Source of the DNA: Eledone cirrhosa
Taxonomy: Eukaryota
DNA length: 64,000 bases
Reading direction: 5' to 3'
Assembly (NCBI GenBank): GCA_964016885.1
Contig: OZ024741.1
Coordinates: forward strand, 199,082,001-199,146,000
Shown here: in pieces, positions 24,216-38,720 of the stretch
How positions within the stretch are numbered: position 1 is the first letter of the stretch
Layout: each line of letters opens with the position of its first letter
Translations under genes and position numbers: made by a program
Notes under the pieces: model-generated
Database searches by the model: none
Told to the model about the DNA's origin: nothing
Seen by the model: only the letters and a program-made list of their open reading frames with translations

Positions 24216-25459
24216 TTAAAATGTATAGAACACTATGTCTCTTAAATGCACCTCTAAATAAAATCTTTGGATTAATGAAACACTTTCACTCTGTAGTGAT
24301 GCCACTCTATTAGTAAAAATCATGTTTGTTTCAGTTACCTATTTTATTGTTTATTTGCAGTATTTATGTTTTTCTTTTGTTGTGAATGCTTGGTAAATCT
24401 TTTAACATTGTAGCTGAGATGTTTCATGTAGGATTGTATTTTCCTGTACAATGCACTTGCTACCCAGCTAGCCAACCAGGCAGCCAACCACCCAAAATAA
24501 GGCAGCCCTTGGAACAATGACACTTTTATTTCCAATACAGCAATCACTTTATAAAGGCAGAAAATTGGCAGAACATCGGATAGAATGCTTTGCAGTATTC
24601 GTTCTGTTTCTCTGTGCTTTGAGTTCAATTCAAAGTTGATAAAAAAAGGTACTAGTTCAGTATTCTTCCTCCTCACCTCTCTCTTTCTCTGGAAGGAATT
24701 GACTGTGTTCTGACCTGGAGAAGGATGCCAAAGACATGATGTATGTCACTACAGCACCTCTATAACTCCACCTGTAATTATGCTCTATACATATATGCAA
24801 CCATTTTGTAAAATATCAGAATCTGGATAGTTAACTAAATGCTTGTATAGTTGTATAGTCTCAATGTATTTGAAAGATATATAATTTTTGTTTGTTTTCA
24901 TGTTTTAATAACTTAAAGAGTATTTTTATCTTTTTCACTAGTTCCTAGTTTTTAAGCATTATTGGGTTCTGTTGCTTTCTACATTGGCAAACTGAAGCTA
25001 TGGGAATATGGGAGAAATTTGTATCTCTCTAACTATTGATATATTCATGTGGTGTAAAATATTTAAAACCTACTCGAGATTTAATGTGAAATTCAGAGAT
25101 GAGAATTAAAATCTGTTCAGAATATTTTCAGGTGGTTGATACCTTTTATAAGTAGCATCTCCATACTGGAAAAGCTATACTAAGAATTAAACCATAGGTG
25201 AATTAAAAAATCCAATTTTCAGCAATGTGGCAGTGATGAGGATGAAGACAATGATGACAAGGATGATAACAACATTACTGATTTATAACATAGGCACAAG
25301 GCCAGCAATTTAGTGGGCAGGGGTTATTTTATCAACCTCGGAAGGATGAAAGGCAAAGTTGGTCTTGGCAGGATTTGAGTTAAGAATGTAAAGAGCTGTA
25401 ATTAAATTTCACAAGACATTTTGTTCGATACCTTAACAATTCAGCCAATTCAATGATCT

Positions 25460-25577
25460 AACTACCAGCACCACCAACACCATCATCATCAGCAGAAGCA
25501 CCACCAACACCATCATCATCAGCAGAAGCACCACCACCACCATAATTATCACCACCACCATCATCATCATTATCATC
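25460..25577. repeat. (CAC/CAT)n low-complexity tract with a 30-bp tandem duplication
   Basis: ccaccaacaccatcatcatcagcagaagca repeated twice. Confidence 0.85.
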
Positions 25578-27997
25578 AAGAAGAAGAGAGCTTTGTGTCA
25601 CAGAAAACCAATCTGCTCCAAAATGAAGCAGAAAACATGGGAGGATAAAGTAATGCATAGGAAATACTGAAAAAAGAAACTGATGTGAACCAAAATATAG
25701 AATAGTAGTCAAGGATTGAAAGCAGATGGAGGAGGACCTGATAATCACTGCACAAGGCCAGGGTTTGGAAATCTGATTCTATCAAAATTGCTTCATCAAG
25801 CATGAAATCCATTGTCTCAGGATGCCTGGATTTGACAAAAACTGAATAAACTCTTAATCAAAGCAGACTAGAAAATGTGCAGGAGTTAACAAGATCAAGA
25901 TGGCTAAGAAGTGGTACAAACATTCATCAAGTACAGTCACTGACAACAATTATGTCACCATCTTCTAGAAGATACTAATCCACACTGATAGTAAGATCAT
26001 CATCATCATCGTCACCTGCATTGCTACCACCACCATCACCACCACCACCACCATCACCACAACCACCATCATCATCATCATCAGCCAGTTTTCGATACTT
26101 ACATTGACTGGACAGATATTTCCCACCCTTCTACTCATTGTGGTCCTTCATCTCCTCTGTGAGCTTCAGCAATTTGAAATCAGCTCTCACAAGCCCTTCT
26201 TTGATCTTCCTCTACTACAGCTTTCATTAACTGGGGTTTCTTGGTACTTTTCCACCCAATGATCATCATCCATATGTATCACTTATCCATACCAGCACAG
26301 TCTTCTCTCCTGTACACTGCATCTGCTTCATCTTATACCTCAGCTCATCCATGATTTTAGTTAAAGGGTTGGGAGGACCCTTCGGTCATGTCAAGGTTAT
26401 AAAAGCCACCCTAATGTTGGTGATCTACACAATAAATGCACCCAGTACATGCTGTAAAATGGTTGGTGATAGGAATGGCATCCTGCTGAAGAAAGCTTCC
26501 CAAACAAAGAGTTGGGAGGACTCTACAGCTGTATTGAAGTTATGACAACATCCCTTGTGCACTCAATAGAACATAAGACCTTACATATGTGAGATGCAGA
26601 GACCCAGCTTGTCTGGGAGGTAGGTAGTCCCACTTCAGTACTGACTTAGTCTATTTAGACCCATCCAATGATGATGATGATGATATCAATCCCTATGTAT
26701 TATTGGTGCGATTTCATTATCTTTGAATGGAGGAAACTAGAACTTATACTTAGTAGGATCTGAAATCAGAGAATAAAGGCACAAAATTAAATACCATTAG
26801 ATAATAATACCACTGAGTTGAATCATTGCCGCAAGGTAAAAATATGTTGACAAAATTTAGTTTATTTGGTTGACTTCTTTTCCCAATTATTGGATTGAGG
26901 CTATGCTGGGGCATTACCTTAAAGATATTTAACCCTTTCAATATCATACTTCTGATGAAAAAACACTGTTTATAATGTTCAAATAATTTTGAAAGCACTC
27001 AAAAATTTTGAGTGATTTCGTAATTAACTAACTTTCTCATTAGTAAGCTGGTGTTTGGAATGTAACTTAACAAAGGGTCTTACATAAAATTATGAGAGAC
27101 GTGTTTTAGATAAATATGAACAGTTTTATACTGTTAAACTAGCAACAGTTTCAGGTAATTTGGTACAAAAAGAATCAATTCAATCATATTGACTCCAGTA
27201 CATATTATTTCCATGGTTTGTATTAATTTTATTGATATCTTTTTGACAAACTGCTAAGTTAGGGGACATAAAAAAAGACAAGATTGACCTTGGCAAGATT
27301 TGGATTCAGAGTGCACATAACTGGAATACCACAATTCATTTTATTTTGTGTTCTAATTTGCCTATTCACTACCTACCTATAATTATCTTATTGCACTTTG
27401 GAAGATGAAAAGCAGTAGGATCCAGTAGGATCTCAAACCTAGAGACATATCAAAATACAGTAATACATGATTACACAAAAATGCCAGCATAACCAAGTAA
27501 ATAGGATATCAGACTTTCAGTTCTGAGATTGTAAATTGAGAGCTACACTACAGAAACTAAACTTAGCTAATGAAGTTATGGCATCATAGGTGTTTGTAGA
27601 AGGATTAAGTTTATAGCCTTGTAACTCATCTAGTATTATTAGAGTATAAACTACTTTATATATATATATCTTCTCATGAAAATGGGAAAACTGGAATGGA
27701 AGCTGTTAGAACAGCAAAGTACCTTTGAAGTGGCATTGAATGAGGTTGAAATCTGAAGAGCATATTTTAATGTTTGTGGCCTGTTCGCTTTCATTCATTC
27801 TTTTTCTCATTCCTATCTTCTCTTCCTTTGAGTCAACTCACATTGAGCCGCTGATCTCTGTCCTTCAAGGTAATATTTTACCTAACTTTGCTTCAACGGT
27901 ATTTTGCTGTTCTAACAGCTTCTATACACCGAGTTTTCCTATTTTCCTGAGAATCCTAATACACTCGCATCTCAAAACTCTATTTTCAAGTTAATTT

Positions 27998-28026
<29 letters not shown>

Positions 28027-28035
<9 letters not shown>

Positions 28036-28203
28036 TGAGATTCTACAGGACTAGAACTGTTTCATTCTTTAGAAATCATAGGATTTCTAAAGAATGAAAC
28101 AGTTCTAGTCCTGTAGAATCTCATCTATATTAAAACTTTTATACTCTGCAATGTATTGAGTACCTTACTTACTGTGGTTAACTCCGATTCAACCCGGAAT
28201 AAC

Positions 28204-28204
<1 letters not shown>
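28027..28204 (+). mobile_element. Fold-back hammerhead-type mini-element in (TA)n (family also at ~31145-31290 + and 55852-56030 -)
   Basis: 51-bp arms 28027-28077 and 28082-28132; GA-TTTC-NNNN-GAAT-GAAACAGT.CTAGTCCTGTAGAA shared by the three copies. Confidence 0.7.
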
Positions 28205-28245
<41 letters not shown>

Positions 28246-28563
28246 CTATAGTCAATTCTATGAGTTGATAATGCGTAAGACGTTCGGATATTTATTTAAC
28301 AAACAAATGTGGTCTATTCTATATCCAAATTAGGGAGAGGTATGGTATTTCAGGGGTAAATCCATTTGGTATACTTCCGGTCATCTTAGGCCACGCCATA
28401 CTCAATTTCTACCTACTACTGCTCTTAGGTATACATAAATATATGCATACGCACAAACATATATTTCCGATATATACATGCATGTGTTTATGTATGTGTG
28501 TATGTATGTGCGTATATATATATATTATCTATCTATGTATGTTTGCTTATATATATAATAATT

Positions 28564-28882
28564 CAAGGACGATTTGTTAAGCCTTCATTACTTTTATTGA
28601 TTGTTGACGCATGTTTTGCTATTGATCAGCTCAAGATTTGATCTGTATCGATCTGGTCTGACTCTGGAATCAAAAGCTTGTTTGGACCAGATTGATAGAT
28701 TGAATCTTGAGCTGATCAATAGTGAAACACGCGTCACCAATCAATAAACGTAATGAAGGCTTAACAAATCATCCTTGTATATATTACACTCTGGTCAAGC
28801 TCTACACCTCACTACTGACATGAACCTAAACATCGGGTGCTCACCTGGGTGAACCTACAGTAACTTCACGTTACATTCCCTA
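28564..28882 (+). mobile_element. Fold-back mini-element with ~95-bp arms and the 3' half of a hammerhead
   Basis: Arms 28564-28658 and 28685-28777; GAAACACGCGTC at 28724-28735; flanked by TA-rich sequence. Confidence 0.65.
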
Positions 28883-28934
28883 GATATATATATATAGATG
28901 TGTGTGTGTTTATGTGTATATATATATACCTGAG

Positions 28935-29265
28935 TACCTTTTTTATTTCCATGTGTCTAACACACGTGGACATGCCCACAAAGTCAGAAAACAGCACAGT
29001 TCCCATGACTTTCAGAAACATTTTTTCACGCTCAGAGTTGCTGAAGCATGGAACAAACTACCTGCATCAGTTGTTAGCTGTCGAGACACTGCATCCTTTA
29101 AGGCCTCCATGCTTCCCGAGATCCGCCAACACTACAGCTAACACATACACACATGTACTTCCCTGACATTTGTATATTATTCTATGTACTATACATACAC
29201 CTTTGACGAGTTGTAGTGCACCTGAGCACTTTACACAATAATTTCATTATTATTATTATTATTAT
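28935..29265 (+). mobile_element. CR1-group LINE 3' end
   Basis: TRGHAHKV...HFFTLRVAEAWNKLPASVV...SFK followed by an (ATT)n tail. Confidence 0.8.
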
Positions 29266-29350
29266 ACATATATACATATCATCATCATCGTTAAACATCT
29301 ATCTTCCATGCTAGCATGGGTATATATATATATATATGTATATATCTATA

Positions 29351-31090
29351 TCATCATCATCACCGTTTTACGTCCGTTCTTCCATGCTAGCATGGGTTAG
29401 ACGGGTTGTCCTGTTGTGGGCAGTGTCTGGTCGACTGACCATGCCTTGCTCATACAGGAACTGATTTTGGCTTGATTTCTACAGCCGGATGCCCTTCCTA
29501 ACACCAACCTCATTTACAGTGTCTGCTGGGTGCTTTTTTCCGTGGCGCCTACACGTCCACTTTACAGTGTGGGCTGGGTGCTTTTTTGCCATGGCACCTC
29601 CACGACCACTTTGCAGTGGGAGGGTGTGGGGGCATATTGTCTATATGCTTCAGCTTGTACCCATGGGAGGTCGGGTACTCTGTATTACTGCGTGATGCCA
29701 GAAGTCACGGTCGTGTGTCATCGCCTTTGAGAGGTGTAATTGGGTAAGGTCGGCTTTTATCACCTCATCCCAGGTCTTCTTGGGTCTCCCCACTCCGCAG
29801 TTTCCATTGACTTCTAGTGCTCTGCACCTTTTTATGCAGCCGTCATCCTTCATACGCATCACATGTCCATACCAACGCAACCGCCTCTCCTGCACACAGC
29901 ATTTGATTCCTCTTATGCTCAGTCTCTCTCTCAATTCATTTATGCTTTGCCGTTCGAGTATATTGCTATTACACATCCATCGGAGCATGCAGGCTTCGTT
30001 TCTTTCTAATCTACCTAAGTCTTCCACCTTCAGCGCCCAGGTCTCACTACCATGTAATATTGCTGTTTGTATACACGCATCATACAGTCTGCCTTTCATT
30101 TTGAGGGAAAAACCTTTTGCAGCTAGCAGTGGTAGTAGTTCCCTGAACTTCTTCCATGCCATCCTTACCCTAGTTATTGTACTTTCTGAACACCCACTTC
30201 CTGCTAATTCGGTCACCTAGGTAGCAGAAGCTGTCTATTGTTTCTACAGAGCCCTCCCAGAGATTGGTGGTATTTGTTTCCTGTGGCTGTTTGCTGCTTG
30301 CTGTCCCAACACAGCTGCTACATGGGAAGCCTACATTCTTAATTAAGCTTCCTGAGATCCCGCTACATCTCTTGTGTACCCATTGTTTGCATTTGGGGCA
30401 GAGAATGGAGTTCCTACCTACACCTTTCCTACATACTGAACAAGGCCATTTCCCTGGGGGAATCTGGGTTCTGTTTTCTCATCCACTTACAAGAACCTTA
30501 GTCTTTGTCAGGTTGACTCTGAGGCCCCTTCTTTCTAGTCCCTGCTTCCAAGTTGGGAATTTCTTCTCTATTTCCACCATGGATTCAGCTATAAGTGCGA
30601 GGTCATCCGCATACAGGAGTTCCCATGGGCATCCAGTCTTAAACTCCTCCGTTATTGCCTGCAGGACTATGATGAACAGGAGAGGGCTAAGAACAGAGCC
30701 CTGGTGGACACCAACCTGTACGCTAAATTCCTCGCTATACTCATTGCTGATCCTAACTTTGCTGACTGCTCCCCTATACATGGCTTGTACAGCTTTCACA
30801 AGCCATTCATCTACTCCTAGTTTTCTAAGAGCCCACCAGATTATAGCACGGGGAACTCTGTCAACGGCTTTCTCGAGATCGACGAATGCCAGGTAGAGTG
30901 GCTTACTTTTAGCTAGGTACTTTTCCTGTAACTGCCTCACAAGGAAGAGGGCATCAGTGGTGCCTCTTCCTGGTACAAACCCAAATTGCATCTCATCTAG
31001 TTTCACCCGGTCCCTAATCAACTGTGCTATAACTCTTTCTGTTACTTTCATGACCTGGTCCATCAGCTTTATACCTCTATAGTTTCCTCT
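29351..31090 (-). mobile_element. 5'-truncated RTE-clade LINE (RT and C-terminus) with (GAT)n tail
   Basis: ORFs 30479-31063 (QFGFVPGRGTTDA, GVHQGSVLSP, LLYADD) and 29650-30216 (HGSETW, RRLRWYGHV, GRPKKTW). Confidence 0.92.
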
Positions 31091-31306
31091 CTCTCTCTCT
31101 ATATATATATATATAATGTATCTATGTGTGTGTGTAATGTTTATATGATGATTTCATATGAATGAAACAGTCTAGTCCTGTAGAAGTCATTTCAGTATAT
31201 AATAAAGATGCTTATTCTCTATCAACATATTGAGTACTCTTTGCAATTGAGGTTAACCCCCCCCCCCAACACTACTCATGAATCTACACATTATATACTA
31301 TATTTG

Positions 31307-31345
<39 letters not shown>

Positions 31346-31699
31346 GTACACATACATATATATTCACATATAGACATGCACACACACATAAACGTATTTA
31401 TGAGATAGTGAGAGAAAGTGAAAGAGCTAGTACAGTTACCTTTATATTTAGATAACATAAGTTTATGTTGTTCTAAGGTATTTGCTGTAAAAGGGCATTA
31501 AGCTGGGTTCAGTATATGAGGAGCAATTGTTGCTATCTTTAGAGCACAGCACAGCCTCTGCTAGAACAAAAATAGATGATAATTAAGCAATACCAACTTT
31601 GAACATGCTGTGAGAAATAAACTCTATAGGTTTCTGTAATGGAGATTGCATGATTTCCACAATATACCTGTGATGAATCTGACACCTCTCTCTCTATTT

Positions 31700-31700
31700 A

Positions 31701-31769
<69 letters not shown>

Positions 31770-31846
31770 GTGTATGTGTGTGTATGTATATATATATATT
31801 TATGTGTATATATATGTATATATGTATATATGTATATATATGTATG

Positions 31847-31900
<54 letters not shown>

Positions 31901-32042
31901 TGTATATATATGTATATATGTATATATATGTATATATATATATATATATGTATATATATGTATATATATATATATGTATATATATGTATATATATATATA
32001 TATGTATATATATGTATATATATGTATTTATGTATATATATG

Positions 32043-32099
<57 letters not shown>

Positions 32100-32144
32100 G
32101 TATATATATGTATATATATATATATATATGTATATATATGTATG

Positions 32145-32201
<57 letters not shown>

Positions 32202-32390
32202 GTATATATATGTATATATATATATATATATGTATATATATGTATATATGTATATGTATATATATGTATATATGTATATGTATATATATATGTATATATA
32301 TATATATGTATATATATGTATATATATGTATATATATGTGTATATGTATATATGTGTATATGTATATATATATATATGTATATATATATG

Positions 32391-32425
<35 letters not shown>

Positions 32426-32491
32426 GTATATATATGTATATATATGTATATATATGTATATATATGTATATATATGTATATATATGTATGT

Positions 32492-32531
<40 letters not shown>

Positions 32532-32556
32532 GTATATATATATGTATATATATATG

Positions 32557-32595
<39 letters not shown>

Positions 32596-32781
32596 GTATA
32601 TATGTATGTATATATATGTATATATATATGTATATATATATGTATGTATATATATGTATATATATATGTATGTATATGTATGTATGTATATATATGTAAT
32701 GTATATATATATGTAATATATATATATGTAATATATATATATATGTATATATATATATGTATGTATATATATATATGTATG

Positions 32782-32821
<40 letters not shown>

Positions 32822-32960
32822 TATGTATGTATATATATATATGTATGTATATATATATATGTATGTATATATATATATGTATATATGTATATATATATGT
32901 ATATATATATATGTATATATGTATATATATATGTATATATATATATATATGTATGTATAC

Positions 32961-32992
<32 letters not shown>

Positions 32993-33503
32993 GTCTATAT
33001 ATATATGTATATATATGTATATATATGTATGTATATATATGTATATATATGTATGTATATATATGTATATATATATATGTATATATATATGTATATATAT
33101 GTATATATATGTATGTATATATATGTATATATATATATGTATATATATGTATATATATATATGTATATATATATATGTATATATATATATGTATATATAT
33201 GTATATATATATATGTATATATATATATGTATATATATATGTATATATATATATGTATATATATGTATATATATATATGTATATATATCTATATATGTAT
33301 GTATATATATGTATATATATATATGTATATATATCTATATATGTATGTATATATATGTATATATATGTATGTATATATATGTATATATATGTATATATAT
33401 GTATGTATATATATATGTATGTATATATATGTATATATATGTATGTATATATATGTATATATATGTATGTATATATATGTATATATATGTATGTATATAT
33501 ATG

Positions 33504-33554
<51 letters not shown>

Positions 33555-33555
33555 G

Positions 33556-33606
<51 letters not shown>

Positions 33607-33607
33607 G

Positions 33608-33672
<65 letters not shown>

Positions 33673-33791
33673 GTATATATATATGTATATATATGTATAT
33701 ATATGTATGTATATATATGTATAAATATATGTATGTATATATATGTATATATATATGTATATATATGTATATATATGTATGTATATATATG

Positions 33792-33830
<39 letters not shown>

Positions 33831-34075
33831 GTATATATATATGTATGTATATATATGTATATGTATGTATGTATATATATGTATATATATATGTATGTAT
33901 GTATATATATATGTATGTATATATATATGTATGTATATATATATGTATGTATATATATATGTATGTATATATATATGTATGTATATACATATGTATGTAT
34001 ATATATATATGTATGTATATATATATGTATGTATATATATGTATATATATGTATGTATATATATGTATATATATG

Positions 34076-34156
<81 letters not shown>

Positions 34157-34330
34157 GTATGTATATATGTATGTATGTATATATATGTATGTATGTATAT
34201 ATATGTATATATACATATATATATACATATATATATACACATATATATATATATACATATATATGTATATACATATATATATACACATATATATATACAT
34301 ATATATGTATATATATATATGTATACATGT
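31700..34330. repeat. ~2.6-kb compound (TA)n/TG/CA microsatellite
   Basis: Almost pure alternating purine-pyrimidine sequence; source of the long I/Y/M/C/V pseudo-ORFs. Confidence 0.97.
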
Positions 34331-34566
34331 GTGCGTGTGTGTTCATATGTTTTTGTATGAATCAATGAATGTGTGTGCATATATGTATACACTCGCTTTC
34401 AGTTACTTTAGAGTTTATTTTTGACCAGTTACCTTGGTTACTTGGTTGTAAAGAAAAGGAAATTGCCATCATCTCTTGAATAAGCATTCATTCTTTGAAT
34501 CGTAAGAATGTTTTACAGATTTTTCAAGGTTCCAGATATCACGGTCATTTGTAGCCTATGAATTGA

Positions 34567-34786
34567 TCCTTTAGCATTTAAACCGGCTGTATCTGACCAG
34601 AATTCTCTCACCTCTTTCTGTTCAAACTGGCTGTAATGGCCTATCATACTAATGTTAAGGTATTGTTCTCAAAATAAATAATATAAAAATCTCATAGATT
34701 CAACATTATGTGAGATAATTATTTGAGGTAAAGCCTTTACTGTGAAAATATAATAATAAATATAGAGTAATTAAAATGCTAAAGGG
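34567..34786 (-). mobile_element. piggyBac-type MITE (family B)
   Basis: tCCTTTAGCATTT...AAATGCTAAAGGG|TTAA; reverse complement of 53720-53928. Confidence 0.8.
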
Positions 34787-35040
34787 TTAAGGAGCTGTGT
34801 TCTTTTTCCTTAAATCCATGTTCTGTCAGGTTACACATCAAGTGGGTTGGTGTGTAACTGTTGCTCCAGTAATAATAGGTATATAATTGAATGTGTATCA
34901 TAGAGACAGGATTGACAAACTCCTCATCAATGGTTCAGAGATATCTTCCTTCTTACTAAATTGTCACTGAGTGGACAGCTGACTTCTACAATGAGCATGT
35001 TTTTTAATGTGTGGTTCTAAACGTCAATGTCTCTAATGTA

Positions 35041-35094
<54 letters not shown>

Positions 35095-35297
35095 ACGAAG
35101 GAGTTGTGGTAAGGAACCAGATGGACCATAACACACCAGAGTACTCAATACTTAGGGCAGTAGAGTGGGTAATAGGAAAATGTATGACCCCGACGGCAGA
35201 GCTCAAGCCGTTTCAACGGCTAATTCTGGACTGAAATAGTCCAGAAATAGCCGTCGAAATGGCTTGAGCTCTGCCGTCGGGGTCATACATTTTCATA
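35095..35297 (-). mobile_element. Fold-back mini-element in (TA)n, same family as 12411-12596
   Basis: ~60-bp-arm hairpin at 35172-35297 plus the shared tail. Confidence 0.7.
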
Positions 35298-35308
35298 TAT
35301 ATATATAT

Positions 35309-35667
35309 ATAAAAAAAAAATAAAATTTAGCTTCAAGCATAGCTTTATACAATATGTATAAATATTTCGTATCTCCAAGGAAATACAGTTTTAGGAAGCC
35401 GTAGCTATGCAAACACTGAGGGGCTAACGCCCTCTGGTGATGTCCAGCAGAAGCAAGGGGGACAACCATCTATGCATTTCAGGCTTAACTGGCTATCGTC
35501 AGGACGGTTCCTCCCACCGCTTGTGACTGCTGGACTAGAAGACAGCTGAGAATATATACTTTTCTCGTCTGTGTAAATGAGGTGATTAATCTCATGAAGC
35601 TGCATAAGTTGGCTCAACTTATAATAAAAAGAAATAGGATTTCGCTTCAAGCATAGCTTTATACAAT
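35309..35667 (-). mobile_element. Retrozyme-like hammerhead monomer, copy 1 (period 314 nt, terminally redundant)
   Basis: gcttcaagcatagctttatacaat at 35330-35353 and 35644-35667; hammerhead at 35464-35509; close similarity to 40095-40474. Confidence 0.78.
35464..35509 (-). ncRNA. Type I hammerhead ribozyme
   Basis: Reverse complement AACCGTC-CTGACGA-tagccagttaagcct-GAAA-TGCA-TA-GATGGTT; extended stem I (tccagcag/ctgctgga). Confidence 0.75.
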
Positions 35668-38600
35668 CATCATCATCATCATCATTTTACGTCCGCTCTT
35701 CCCTGCTCGCAAGGGTGGGACGGGTCTTTTTCAGCACAGCATCTCTCCACTCGTCACGGTCCCTCTTCATGAGCTTTAACGATCTGAGGTCTGTTCTCAC
35801 CACCTCCGCCCATGTTTTTCGTGGTCTACCTCTACCACGTCTTCCTTCAACTGGCATTTCCTGGCACTTCTTCACCCATTGGTCATCCTCCATGCGCATC
35901 ACATGTCCATACCATCTCAGTCTCCTCTCCCATACACTACATTCTATCCCTCTCAGACACAGTTTCTCTCTCAACACATTCATGCTGGGTCGTTCACGCA
36001 CATTTACACTGCACATCCAATAGGGCATGCTTGCCTCATTTCTCTCCACCTGTCGCATATCCACTGCAGTTGCTGCCCATGTCTCACTACCATGCAGCAT
36101 CACGCTCCTCACACAGGCCTTTCGTACGCAGGGAGAAACACTTCGTCAGCAGAAGAAGCAGCTCCCTAAACTTCTTCCAACCCGTCCTTATTCTAGATAC
36201 TATGACCCCGGAACACCCTCTTCACATGCTAATCTGTTCTCCAAGGTACCGGAAGCTATCCACCACTTCTATAGCACCCTCCTGCATTTGAAAAATGTGT
36301 CTATCAATGCGACTTCTACTGTCTAATTTCTGCATATCGAACATGGCCATTTCCCTGACGGAATCAGAGTGTTGTCCTCTTTTCTACTCATCAACACTTT
36401 TGTCTTAGCTAGGTTCACTCTCAGTCCTCTTGCTTCCAACTGCTGTTTCCATAGCCAGAATTTATTCTCTAGCTCCTCTACTGATTCTGCTATAAGAACC
36501 CGATCGTCAGTATAGAGAAGTTCCCATGGACAGCCAGTCTTAAACTCTTATGTTATGGCTTGGAGGACTATAATGAACAAGAGCGGGCTGAGGACCGAAC
36601 CTTGATGTACTCCTACTTGTATCTGGAATTCCTCACTAAACTCCATTCCTACCCTGACTTTACTGAGAGTACATCTGTACAAAGTTTGCACTGTCCCCAC
36701 AAGCCATTCCTCAACACCTAGTTTCCTTAGGGACCACCAGATGACATATCGGGGTACCCTATCAAAGGCCTTCTCTAGGTCAACAAAAGCTAAGTATAGT
36801 GGCTTATTTTTCTCTAAGAACCTCTTGCAATTGTCTTACCAAGAAGAGGGTATCTGTTGTACTCTTCCCAGGCACAAAACCAAACTGCATCTCATTTAGT
36901 TTGACCCTTTCTCTAATTAGTTGTATTAATATCCTTTCTGCCACTTTCATAACCTGATCCATCAGTTTTATACCCCTATAATTGCTCCTCTCCAGAGCAT
37001 CCCCTTTACCTTTGTAGCAATTTATGAGAATACTGCTGCACCAGTCTTTGGGTATGACACCACCATATATAGCCTGATTGATGATGCGTGCAACCAGTTT
37101 AGTGCCTACGTCCCCTCAAGTCTTCAGCATCTCAGCAACTATTCCCGATGGTCCGACCGCCTTACCATTTTTCATTTCCTTAATCGCCTCTTGGACCCTA
37201 TATTCGTCAATCTCAATAGCTGGTCCCTCTGTCAGATCTACTAAGCATAATTTCTCTCTCTCCCATTCATTCTCCACATTCATCAGTCTCTCATAATGAC
37301 ATTTCCAGGCCTCCTTTTTCTGATCATTCGTGGCACTAAGTACACCGGCATCATTCCGGACACATTTATCTCCAGCAACATCCTGATTTTTATTGACACA
37401 CTGCCTTGTAATGTAGAACACCGCACGCCTCTGATCTTCCCATCACAGAATATTGGCAAAGCTCCTACTCTCAGCCTCCCTGCGTGCTAAGTACACCTGA
37501 CGTCTAGCTTCTCTCTTAGCGGCTGTATATTCTTCCCTACTCCCACCCTTTTTCCAAGCCTTCCATGCTAGTCTTTTGTCTCTAATGGCCTTATCTACTG
37601 TGCTGTTCCACCACCAGGTCACTCTCTGTCTGGTTGGAGCTCTGCTCCAGCCACAAGTTTCATCAGTAGCCTGCAGCAAGTTGTCACGTAAGAAATTCCA
37701 GTTATTATCTATGTCATACGTCTCTAAATCGTCTTCTTTTTCGTCATATACATCTTGAAGGGCTTTCCTAAATTTGTATTTTAGTGAAAGGTCTTTTAGC
37801 TTCCAGACCTTTCTTCTCCACACCTTCCTGTATGTCTCATTCCATCTCTTGCTTACTGAGATATCACTAACGACTAACCTATGCTGTGGGGTACATTCTT
37901 CCTCAGGGTATGCCTTGGTTTTAGACACTATCTGCCTGTCCCGCTGCCTAACTAGTAAGAAGTCAATCTGGCTTATGTGCTCGCCAGATTTGTAGGTTAT
38001 TAGGTGATTCGCAGGTTTCTGGAAGTTTGTGTTGCAAATAGTCAGTGTACTTGCATCACAAAATTCAAAAAGTCTCACTCCTTCTTCATTTCTTGAGCCG
38101 TAACCGTGCCCACCATGTACCCCCAGTGTAACCATCCTGGAGCTGTCCAACATGACCATTGAAGTCCCCTGCTAGCATAACGATGTCTCTGTCCTCTGTC
38201 AATTGCGGTTGTTTGTAAAAGTTTCTCGTAAAAGCAGTCTTTCTCATCTTTGCCTAAGCCTGCTTGGGGAGCATAGGCAGAGATGATTGTCAGTAGTCTC
38301 CTGCCTACAACTAATCTAAGCTTAATTATTCGATTACTAACTCGAACTACCTCTATTGTCTTATTGATCCATCTCTCAGCCAGGAAAATGCCTACTCCCC
38401 CTAACCCATCATCCTTACCTACCCAGAAAAGCTTATAGCTAAGATGTTTGCCTACGACTAGTCTCGCAGAGGCACCTCTCCATCTCACCTCTTGCATGCA
38501 GCATACATCCACATGCCTTCTCTCCAGCATCTCTGCTATTTCAGCAGATCTACCTCTGAGAGTGCCAACATTAAGTATTGCAACTCTGAGATGTGACATC

Positions 38601-38720
38601 TTCATATTTTGTTGTTGTTCCTATTTGTTGCTGTGCTGATAAGCGTTTTGGCATTGATACACTGGTTGGATGCCCTTCCTAACACCAGCGCCACTTTACA
38701 GCATGGACTGAGTGCTTTTA
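35668..38720 (-). mobile_element. Near-full-length RTE-clade LINE (APE endonuclease + RT), decayed
   Basis: LNVGTL...CMQEVRW and ISAYAPQ (38075-38605), SQIDF...QHRLV (37443-38159), GKAVGPSGI, RT core, HGSETW...GRPRKTW and a (GAT)n tail; several frameshifts. Confidence 0.93.

Noticed and set aside
30264-30896. 210-aa plus-strand ORF, and similar ORFs at 29780, 62168-63615 and 13502(-)
   Set aside because: Antisense shadows of RTE or Penelope reading frames with no independent motif
31646-34424. Long ORFs of 200-888 aa on both strands
   Set aside because: Translations of a (TA)n/TG microsatellite that lacks stop codons; I/Y/M/C/V/H/T only
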